Source: Halobacteria archaeon (GTDB lineage: Bacteria > Pseudomonadota > Gammaproteobacteria > UBA9214). From it: 34,294 bases of DNA. The position numbers and the translations under genes are program-made. Below are positions 26,765 through 34,294 of the stretch, piece after piece; position 1 is the first letter of the stretch; every line of letters begins with the position of its first letter. Below the pieces are notes generated by a model, which saw only the letters and a list, made by a program, of their open reading frames with translations, had not been told where the DNA came from and did not search any database. The DNA lies in NCBI GenBank assembly GCA_013041945.1, contig JABDRC010000256.1, positions 1-34,294 on the forward strand, written 5' to 3'.

Positions 26765-29020
26765 ATGTTCAGAAAATCGGTTGTCGCTGCAGCATTGCTG
26801 CTGGTCTCGATCTGCCCGCAGGCATTCGCACTCGGACTGGGTGATATCGATATGCGTTCGGCGCTCAATCAGCCGATGGATGCCGTGATTGAACTGACGT
26901 CGGCCTCGACAACCAACATGGACGATATCCGCGTTTCCCTGGCCACGCTGCAGGACCATAAACGCGTCGGCATGACCAAGGCTGCGATCCTGGCCGATTT
27001 CACTTTCACCCTGCAAAAGGACGCGTCCGGTAAAACGATCGTTCGAGTCACCAGCGATGCGCTGGTGCGCGAGCCTTACCTCGAATTCTTGCTCGAACTG
27101 GACTGGCCGCGCGGACGCCTGTTGCGCCAGTACACTGTGCTCGTCGACCCGCCGGTCACCATGCCGGCGACCCCGGTGGCCCCGGCTGCACCCGTGAGCC
27201 GGTCGGCGACACCGGCGCCGGCACCCCGTGCCCCGGCAACCGTTGCGCCGGCCAGACGTCCGCTGGCAGCCCCGGCTACCGTCAGCACGGCACCTCGATC
27301 CGCGCCAGACAGTTACGGACCGGTCCGTCGCAGTGAAACGCTGTGGTCAATCGCCAAACGCCTGCGTCCCGACGACGGCATATCGATCGAGCAGATGATG
27401 CTGGCATTGCAGCGCGCCAATCCGCGGGCGTTTGAGGGCAACAACATCAACCGGCTGCTTGAAGGCGTAACGCTGACGGTACCATCGCGGGATGAAATTA
27501 CCACTTTGAGCCGGCGTGAGGCATCCGCGGAATCCCGCCGCCAGTATGCCGAGTGGAAAGGCGGACAGGACCAGACAAGCACCGCAACCGCGCTGGCAAC
27601 ACAGTCGACCGGCGACGCAGAAGACTCTGCGACAGCCGCAACAGATTCATCACCCGCTGCCGCTGCTGCCGCGGAAATCAGCACGCGTCTGCAGCTGACG
27701 GCGCCGGAAGAGGACGCTGTCAGCGGCGCTGCAGCGCCGGGCGACCCGTTGACCGGTGGAGCGGGCGACAGCAAGGATACACAGCAGCGGCTGGCACTGG
27801 CGGCCGAGGAAGTGGCGGCCGAGCGGGCGCAGTCGCAGGAGTTGCAATCCCGTGTCGGCGAGCTGGAAGAACAGGTCACCACGATGCGGCGCCTGCTGGA
27901 GCTGAAGGATGACGAACTCGCCCGATTGCAGCAAAACATTGCCGCGGATGACATGCAGCCGAATGCGGCCATGGAGCAGACCGCCGGGAGAGAGCCGGAT
28001 GCAATCGCCGGGAGCGGGTCCGAGGCCGACGCGCAGCAAGTCCAGATGGACGAGGCGGTCGCTGACGCTGCCGCTCCGGTCGATACGGAAACAACGCCGG
28101 TTCAGGGCTGGATGGAGTGGCTCACGGGGATAACCAACCCCCTGATGGAGCGGCTGACGGGACTATACAACCGCCTGGTGGACAACCCGATGTTTGCCGG
28201 ACTGGGTGTCATTATGGTCCTGCTGCTCGGTGGCATCGTCTGGGCAGTGCGACGCTTCCGTGCCGGTGAAGACACCCTGGACGACGAATTTACCATGGAA
28301 CATCAGCTTGCCGGTGTGGCAGGGCGCGGCTCCGTGGTGACGGTCCCCGAAGTGGCGATCGATGAGCCGGTTGTGGAGGAAAGCGAACCGGACCAGGAAA
28401 CAGATCATGACATCGACAGTGATCCGGTCACCGAGGCGGATGTCTACCTCGCTTACGGCCGCATCCAGCAGGCCGAGGATGTACTGCTCTCGGCCCTGCA
28501 AACACGGCCGGATAATGTCGATGCGCGTATGAAACTGCTGGAGGTCTATCATTCCGCCGGCAATGCTGCTGCCTTCGACCAGGCAGCCGCGGCTTTCCAT
28601 GAAATGTTCGGCGCGGCTGACAACCACTGGGAAAAAGTATCTGCCATGGGGCTGGCCCTGTCACCGCAGAACGCGCTTTACGGCGGCGGTGCGCCGGCCG
28701 CTGTGGAGGAGACTGCGGAATTCGATATGGACCTGTCCGGCCTCGAGCAGGCCAGTCCGCAGTCCGAATCAGCCGTCTCAGACACGCAGGACACGAACAC
28801 CATCGAGTTCTCGCTCGACACCGCCGGCAGCGATGAAGAGGATGCCGGCGAAGGCCTGCTGGAAAACGTCGACGAGATGACGACCAAGCTCGACCTGGCG
28901 CGTGCCTACATCGATATGGACGACGCGGACAGCGCTCGCAGCATCCTGGGCGAGGTCATCGAGGAAGGCAATGCCGAGCAGAAAGAGGAAGCGGAAAACA
29001 TAATATCAAACCTTGCCTGA
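26765..29020 (+). CDS. fimV: FimV/HubP-family polar organiser (signal peptide, LysM, TM, acidic region, FimV C-terminal motif)
   Basis: The N-domain is ALGLGDIDMRSALNQPMDAVIEL. The LysM-like block is YGPVRRSETLWSIAKRL ... LTVPS. There is a Pro/Ala-rich linker and a TM helix FAGLGVIMVLLLGGIVWAV. The C-terminal motif is TKLDLARAYIDMDDADSARSILGEVIEEG. Confidence 0.85.
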   Translation: MFRKSVVAAALLLVSICPQAFALGLGDIDMRSALNQPMDAVIELTSASTTNMDDIRVSLATLQDHKRVGMTKAAILADFTFTLQKDASGKTIVRVTSDALVREPYLEFLLELDWPRGRLLRQYTVLVDPPVTMPATPVAPAAPVSRSATPAPAPRAPATVAPARRPLAAPATVSTAPRSAPDSYGPVRRSETLWSIAKRLRPDDGISIEQMMLALQRANPRAFEGNNINRLLEGVTLTVPSRDEITTLSRREASAESRRQYAEWKGGQDQTSTATALATQSTGDAEDSATAATDSSPAAAAAAEISTRLQLTAPEEDAVSGAAAPGDPLTGGAGDSKDTQQRLALAAEEVAAERAQSQELQSRVGELEEQVTTMRRLLELKDDELARLQQNIAADDMQPNAAMEQTAGREPDAIAGSGSEADAQQVQMDEAVADAAAPVDTETTPVQGWMEWLTGITNPLMERLTGLYNRLVDNPMFAGLGVIMVLLLGGIVWAVRRFRAGEDTLDDEFTMEHQLAGVAGRGSVVTVPEVAIDEPVVEESEPDQETDHDIDSDPVTEADVYLAYGRIQQAEDVLLSALQTRPDNVDARMKLLEVYHSAGNAAAFDQAAAAFHEMFGAADNHWEKVSAMGLALSPQNALYGGGAPAAVEETAEFDMDLSGLEQASPQSESAVSDTQDTNTIEFSLDTAGSDEEDAGEGLLENVDEMTTKLDLARAYIDMDDADSARSILGEVIEEGNAEQKEEAENIISNLA

Positions 29021-29167
29021 GTCCCGTCGCGCTGGCGTCGAGCGTGCTCTGACGCCATCTGTGCACGGCCGGGGCGAGGTCCTGCGCCTTGTCATATTCG
29101 CCCCGGACGGCTTTCCGCGCCCTGATTACCTGTCTCCCTTCAGCTGTCACCCGATCACACCTGCTGT

Positions 29168-29947
29168 ATGAGAATCGCCCTGGGTATTGAATACGACGGC
29201 TCTGCCTATTACGGCTGGCAGCGCCAGGCAAGCGGCATGACCGTACAGGGCAGGGTGGAAGAAGGCCTGTCGGTGGTGGCGGACCACCCGGTCCACGTGG
29301 TCTGCGCCGGACGCACTGATACCGGCGTGCATGCAACGGCCCAGGTCGTGCACTTCGACAGCAATGCCCTGCGCAGCGATGCCAACTGGGTGCGCGGGGC
29401 AAATGCCAACCTGCCGCATGATATCCGCATGCAGTGGTCAGCGCGCGTCGACGAGAGCTTTCATGCCCGTTTCTCGGCGCGGCGCCGAAGCTACCGCTAC
29501 ATCATTCTCAACCGGCCGCTTGCAAGCGCCATACTGAGGCGCAGGGTCTGCCACGAGCACCGCCCGCTGGATCATGCGCGCATGCAGGCGGCGACCGGTG
29601 CGCTGGTCGGCGAACATGACTTTACCTCCTTTCGTGCTGCCGGCTGCCAGGCAAAAAGCCCGCGGCGGAGGATCGTCCGGCTCGATGTCACCCGCTCCGG
29701 GGACTGCGTGTACATCGATGTCGAGGCGAACGCCTTTCTGCATCACATGGTCCGCTGTATCGCCGGTGTCCTGCTGGCCATCGGTCGCGGCGAGCAGGCA
29801 GTCGACTGGGCGGCCGAGGTGCTGCAGGCACGCAACCGGACATTGAGCGGGGTCAATGCACCCCCCGATGGCCTGTACCTCGTGCATGTCGGTTACGACC
29901 CGGTGTTCCGGCTGCCCGCGAAATACCGCCTGCCCGTGTTCGGCTAG
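29168..29947 (+). CDS. truA: tRNA pseudouridine(38-40) synthase
   Basis: MRIALGIEYDGSAYYGWQRQ and the GRTDTGVHA catalytic Asp motif are present. Confidence 0.93.
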   Translation: MRIALGIEYDGSAYYGWQRQASGMTVQGRVEEGLSVVADHPVHVVCAGRTDTGVHATAQVVHFDSNALRSDANWVRGANANLPHDIRMQWSARVDESFHARFSARRRSYRYIILNRPLASAILRRRVCHEHRPLDHARMQAATGALVGEHDFTSFRAAGCQAKSPRRRIVRLDVTRSGDCVYIDVEANAFLHHMVRCIAGVLLAIGRGEQAVDWAAEVLQARNRTLSGVNAPPDGLYLVHVGYDPVFRLPAKYRLPVFG

Positions 29948-30013
29948 CGCCGCCGCGCACTCCTGGCAGCCCGATTCTGTTACATTAATAAATCTGCCTG
30001 ATCCAGGGACCTG

Positions 30014-30655
30014 ATGCGGATGCGAACCCGGGTGAAAATATGCGGGATTACCCGCCGACAGGATGCCGAGGCCGTGTGTGCCTGCGGTGCCGATGCCCTC
30101 GGTCTGGTGTTTTATTCCCCCAGTCCGCGCTATATTGGTACCGGGATCGCGCGGGACATTGCCCTGTCCGTGGCACCGTTTGTGACAGTGACCGGCCTGT
30201 TCGTCGATGCCGCCCCTGCTACAATCGAGGCGACGCTGGCGCAGGTTCCGCTTGGCCTGCTGCAGTTCCATGGCCGGGAAAGCAACACCGAGTGCAGCGC
30301 CTGGGGTATGCCGTTTATCAAGTCGGTGGCCATGCAGGCGGACACCGACCTGCAGGCCGTGATGGATGATTATCCGGATGCCGCCGGTTTTCTGCTGGAT
30401 GCCTGGCAGCCACAGACCCGCGGAGGCGGCGGCGAGACGTTTGACTGGGACCATGTGCCGCCACAGGTCGACCGGCCGCTGATCCTTGCCGGCGGACTCA
30501 CACCCGACAACGTCGCCGCGGCCGTGCGCCGCGTCCGGCCCTTCGGTGTCGATGTCAGCAGCGGTGTGGAGTCTGCACCGGGTATCAAGTCGACGGCGAA
30601 AATCAGTGAATTCATGACAGGAGTGCAAAGTGGTGGAACAGATGTACAAGGCTGA
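30014..30655 (+). CDS. trpF: N-(5-phosphoribosyl)anthranilate isomerase
   Basis: The product starts (MRM)[15 protein letters not shown] and contains LLQFHG and [13 protein letters not shown] 30020 is the alternative start. Confidence 0.9.
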   Translation: MRMRTRVKICGITRRQDAEAVCACGADALGLVFYSPSPRYIGTGIARDIALSVAPFVTVTGLFVDAAPATIEATLAQVPLGLLQFHGRESNTECSAWGMPFIKSVAMQADTDLQAVMDDYPDAAGFLLDAWQPQTRGGGGETFDWDHVPPQVDRPLILAGGLTPDNVAAAVRRVRPFGVDVSSGVESAPGIKSTAKISEFMTGVQSGGTDVQG

Positions 30656-31859
30656 GCAGCCGGAGACGGGCGCGTTGCCCGATGAGGCGGGCCATTTCGG
30701 TATCTACGGCGGTCGTTTCGTCGCGGAAACCCTGATGCCGCCGCTGAACGAGCTGAACGATGCCTACCGTAAATATCTGCATGATGCGGAGTTCATGGCG
30801 GAACTGGACAGCGACCTGGCGCACTTTGTCGGCCGGCCGTCGCCGCTGTATTTTGCGCAGCGCCTGACCGAGGTGGCCGGCGGTGCGCAAATTTACCTGA
30901 AGCGCGAAGACCTCAACCATACCGGCGCCCACAAGATCAACAATACCGTCGGCCAGGCATTGCTGGCGCAGCGCATGGGCAAGCAGCGCGTGATCGCCGA
31001 GACCGGTGCCGGGCAGCACGGGGTGGCGTCCGCGACGGTCGCGGCACGTCTCGGCATGGAGTGTGTCGTCTACATGGGCGAGGAAGATATCCGGCGCCAG
31101 GCGATCAATGTGTATCGCATGCGCCTGCTGGGTGCGGACGTGGTGGCCGTCGGTTCCGGCTCGAAAACGCTGAAGGACGCGCTCAACGAGGCCCTGCGTG
31201 ACTGGGTCACGAATGTGGATACGACCTTCTATATCATCGGCACGGTTGCCGGTCCCCACCCGTATCCCGCCATGGTGCGTGATTTCCAGGCGGTGATCGG
31301 CCGCGAGGCAAAACAACAGATGCTGGAAATGACCGGCCGGCTCCCGGATGCCCTGGTCGCCTGTGTCGGTGGCGGATCCAACGCCATTGGTCTTTTTTAC
31401 CCCTTTATCAATGACGCCGGGGTACAGCTGCATGGTGTCGAGGCGGCAGGTGACGGCATCGAGACCGGCCGGCATGCGGCACCGCTATGCGCCGGCAAAC
31501 CCGGCGTCCTGCATGGCAATCGTACCTACCTGATGGAAGACAACGACGGGCAGATCACCGAAACACACTCGGTCTCGGCCGGACTGGATTACCCCGGCGT
31601 GGGTCCCGAGCATGCCTGGCTCAAGGACACCGGTCGGGCGACCTACGTGGCGGTGACGGATACCGAGGCGCTGCAGGCCTTTCATCAGCTGAACCTCACC
31701 GAAGGTATCCTGCCGGCGCTTGAGACCAGTCACGCGCTGGCCTACGCGGTCAAGCTGGCGGCCACCATGAGTCGAGACCAGTCGATCGTCGTCAACCTGT
31801 CCGGGCGGGGCGACAAGGATGTGTATACCGTCGCTGCGCTGGAAGGGACTGAATTATGA
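30630..31859 (+). CDS. trpB: Tryptophan synthase beta chain
   Basis: [15 protein letters not shown], the [12 protein letters not shown]-lysine motif and GGGSNAIG are present. GTG 30630 has AGGAG 6 nt upstream. ATG 30642 is the alternative. It overlaps the trpF 3-prime end. Confidence 0.93.
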   Translation: MVEQMYKAEQPETGALPDEAGHFGIYGGRFVAETLMPPLNELNDAYRKYLHDAEFMAELDSDLAHFVGRPSPLYFAQRLTEVAGGAQIYLKREDLNHTGAHKINNTVGQALLAQRMGKQRVIAETGAGQHGVASATVAARLGMECVVYMGEEDIRRQAINVYRMRLLGADVVAVGSGSKTLKDALNEALRDWVTNVDTTFYIIGTVAGPHPYPAMVRDFQAVIGREAKQQMLEMTGRLPDALVACVGGGSNAIGLFYPFINDAGVQLHGVEAAGDGIETGRHAAPLCAGKPGVLHGNRTYLMEDNDGQITETHSVSAGLDYPGVGPEHAWLKDTGRATYVAVTDTEALQAFHQLNLTEGILPALETSHALAYAVKLAATMSRDQSIVVNLSGRGDKDVYTVAALEGTEL

Positions 31860-32665
31860 GCCGTATCGAGAAACGTTTTGCGGAACTGAAGCGGCAACAG
31901 CGCAAGGCGCTGATCCCGTATATCACGGCCGGCGACCCGCAACCGGATGTCACGGTGCCGTTGTTGCATGCGCTGGTCGATGCCGGTGCCGACCTGCTGG
32001 AGATCGGCGTGCCGTTTTCCGACCCCATGGCCGACGGCCCGGTCATCCAGGCCGCCTGTGAACGTGCGCTGGCACACCATGTCACCCTGCACCAGGTGAT
32101 CGAAATGGTGCAGGCATTCCGCCGGAAGGATGCCGACACACCGGTCATCCTGATGGGCTATCTCAACCCGATCGAGGTATGGGGCTATGCGGCGTTTGCC
32201 GAAGCGGCGGCGGCCGCCGGTGTCGACGGGGTGCTGACGGTGGATATGCCTCCGGAGGAGGCGGTTGATCTGACGGCGGCATTGCGCGATCGGGATATCG
32301 ATACAATCTATCTGCTGGCGCCGACCAGTGATGTCAGCAGGATCCGCCTGGTCGGCGAATCCGCCAGCGGGTTTCTCTACTATGTGTCTTTCAAGGGTGT
32401 GACGGGCGCGAATCGCCTTGATGTCGCCTCGGTGGCGGAGAAGGTCGGCGAGCTGCGCAGGCACACAGACCTGCCGGTCGGCGTGGGCTTCGGTATCCGT
32501 GATGCAGAGTCAGCTGCGGCGGTGGCCGGGATTGCCGATGCCGTCGTGGTCGGCAGCGTGCTCGTCAACCGGATTGCCGAACTGGCCGATCAGCCCGAGG
32601 CCATCGCACCCGCCCTGTCGGACAAGCTCGCCGAGCTGCGTACCGCCATCGACGCTGCCGGGTAG
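31856..32665 (+). CDS. trpA: Tryptophan synthase alpha chain
   Basis: [27 protein letters not shown] and [10 protein letters not shown] are present. ATGA overlap with trpB. Confidence 0.93.
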   Translation: MSRIEKRFAELKRQQRKALIPYITAGDPQPDVTVPLLHALVDAGADLLEIGVPFSDPMADGPVIQAACERALAHHVTLHQVIEMVQAFRRKDADTPVILMGYLNPIEVWGYAAFAEAAAAAGVDGVLTVDMPPEEAVDLTAALRDRDIDTIYLLAPTSDVSRIRLVGESASGFLYYVSFKGVTGANRLDVASVAEKVGELRRHTDLPVGVGFGIRDAESAAAVAGIADAVVVGSVLVNRIAELADQPEAIAPALSDKLAELRTAIDAAG

Positions 32666-32714
32666 TGCGCGGCGGCATTTCATCCGTTTACCCCGACCAT
32701 GTACAATTCATAAT

Positions 32715-33581
32715 ATGAGCTGGTTCAGCAAACTCGTGCCCTCGAAAATCCGCACCGTCGGCGGCAACAAGCGCACTGTGCCCGAGGGCTTGTGGGTCAA
32801 GTGCGACGGTTGCAGTGCTGTGCTGTACCGTTCGGAGCTCGAGCGCAACCGTGATGTCTGTCCCAAGTGCAGCCATCACATGCGCATCGGTGCGCGCCAG
32901 CGCCTCGGCCAGTTTCTCGATGATGATTCGACCGAGGAAATCGGCACCGGGCTGGAGCCGGTGGATGTCCTCAAGTTCAGGGACAGCAAGAAGTACCGTG
33001 ATCGCCTGACGGCTGCGCAAAAGGCAACCGGCGAGACCGATGCACTGGTGGCCATGCGCGGTACCCTGCAAGGTCTGCCGGTGATGGCCGTGGCATTCGA
33101 GTTCCGTTTCATGGGCGGCTCCATGGGCGCGGTTGTCGGCGAGCGCTTCGTACGTGCGGCCGAAATATGCCTGCAGGAAAAACGGCCGCTGATCTGTTTT
33201 TCCGCCAGCGGCGGTGCACGCATGCAGGAAGCCCTGTTCTCCCTGATGCAGATGGCCAAGACCAGCGCCGTACTGGCAAGGCTGTCGGAGGCCGGCATAC
33301 CCTATATTTCCGTGCTGACCGACCCGACCATGGGCGGTGTGTCCGCCAGCTTTGCGATGCTTGGCGATATCAATATCGCCGAACCAAAGGCGCTGATCGG
33401 CTTCGCCGGGCCGCGGGTGATCGAGCAGACTGTGCGGGAGACGCTGCCCGAGGGTTTCCAGCGCAGCGAGTTTCTGCTCGAACACGGCGCTATCGATATG
33501 ATCATCGACCGGCGTGAAATGAGCGACCGCATCGCCAATATCCTTGGCATGCTGAACGGCCGGGCAGCCACCGGGGCCTGA
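32715..33581 (+). CDS. accD: Acetyl-CoA carboxylase carboxyltransferase beta subunit
   Basis: Internal ATG of track ORF 32418..33581. The product starts [12 protein letters not shown]. The zinc ribbon is [35 protein letters not shown] is also present. Confidence 0.93.
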   Translation: MSWFSKLVPSKIRTVGGNKRTVPEGLWVKCDGCSAVLYRSELERNRDVCPKCSHHMRIGARQRLGQFLDDDSTEEIGTGLEPVDVLKFRDSKKYRDRLTAAQKATGETDALVAMRGTLQGLPVMAVAFEFRFMGGSMGAVVGERFVRAAEICLQEKRPLICFSASGGARMQEALFSLMQMAKTSAVLARLSEAGIPYISVLTDPTMGGVSASFAMLGDINIAEPKALIGFAGPRVIEQTVRETLPEGFQRSEFLLEHGAIDMIIDRREMSDRIANILGMLNGRAATGA

Positions 33582-33610
33582 CGACCGCGGCGATCCGCAT
33601 ACACCGTCCC

Positions 33611-34294
33611 GTGCCGCGTTTTGACAATCTCGGGGACTGGCTCCACTGGCAGGAAACGCTGCACCCGGACCCGATCGACCTCGGCCTGGAGCGGGTCGCC
33701 GCGGTGGCCCGGCGACTGGACCTGCTGGCACCCGGCGCGACCGTCATCACCGTCGGCGGCACCAACGGGAAGGGCTCCAGTGTCGCCATGCTGGATGCCG
33801 TCTACCGGGCGGCCGGGTATCACACCGGCGTCTATACCTCCCCGCACCTGCTTGCCTACAACGAACGCATCAGCGTGGACGGCAAGCCTGTCGATGATGC
33901 GCTGCTGTGCGCTTCGTTTGCGCGTATCGATGCGGCGCGGGACGGGATTTCGCTGACCTATTTCGAGTTCGGCACGCTGGCCGCCCTCGATATCTTCCGC
34001 GCCGGGCAGCCTGACCTCATCCTCCTCGAGGTCGGCATGGGCGGCCGGCTGGATGCAGTGAATATCATCGACGCTGACGTGGCCCTGGTGACCGCCATCG
34101 GCATCGATCACAGCGAGTGGCTGGGCGACGACCGCGAGGCCATCGGTCGCGAGAAGGCCGGTATCTTCCGCCGCGGACGACCGGCCGTGTGCTCGGATCC
34201 CCGGCCGCCGGCAAGTCTGCGGCAAACGGCACAGCGGCTGGGTGCGGACTGGCAGGCGCTGGGCGTGGACTTTGCCTGTCGCGATGACGGCAAC
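33611..34294 (+). CDS. folC: Dihydrofolate synthase / folylpolyglutamate synthase (5-prime partial, runs off window)
   Basis: Hand-translated from GTG 33611: VPRFDNLGDWLHWQETLHPDPIDLGLERVAAVARRLDLLAPGATVITVGGTNGKGSS...YTSPHLLAYNERI. The frame stays open to the window end, so it is absent from the ORF track. Sits in accD-folC synteny. Confidence 0.88.
   Translation, partial: MPRFDNLGDWLHWQETLHPDPIDLGLERVAAVARRLDLLAPGATVITVGGTNGKGSSVAMLDAVYRAAGYHTGVYTSPHLLAYNERISVDGKPVDDALLCASFARIDAARDGISLTYFEFGTLAALDIFRAGQPDLILLEVGMGGRLDAVNIIDADVALVTAIGIDHSEWLGDDREAIGREKAGIFRRGRPAVCSDPRPPASLRQTAQRLGADWQALGVDFACRDDGN

Overview
This is a 34.3-kb high-GC chromosomal segment with gammaproteobacterial-type synteny. 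Most of it is ordinary housekeeping: queA-tgt-yajC-secD-secF, suhB, psd, SCO1 and PCuAC copper chaperones, prmB, aroC, an MFS transporter, and leuC-leuD-leuB-asd-fimV-truA-trpF-trpB-trpA-accD-folC (folC runs off the window). There are three tRNAs (Arg-CCU, Ala-CGC, Leu-CAA). Two parts are not routine. (1) At 0.4-7.5 kb there is a tRNA-bracketed flagellar/c-di-GMP regulatory islet with no structural flagellar genes. It holds a 50-aa FlgM-like ORF (too short for the ORF track) with a sigma28-type promoter, a divergent fleQ, a globin-like/PAS/degenerate-GGDEF/EAL phosphodiesterase, fleN, fliA and a tail-anchored GYF-domain protein. (2) At 14.3-16.4 kb on the minus strand there is a four-gene ECF module. 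Its first gene encodes a Sec-secreted protein that is about one quarter histidine and is built from 45-bp in-frame tandem repeats. It is followed by an ECF sigma, a zf-HC2 anti-sigma with a short acidic periplasmic tail, and a DUF3106-like periplasmic protein. An AAC-N16-CGT ECF-type promoter and a strong intercistronic hairpin are visible there. I found no CRISPR array, transposase, integrase or recognisable defence or toxin genes. The His-rich ECF module is my best candidate for an uncharacterised system, but its function is inference only. Many long antisense ORFs in the track are high-GC artefacts.
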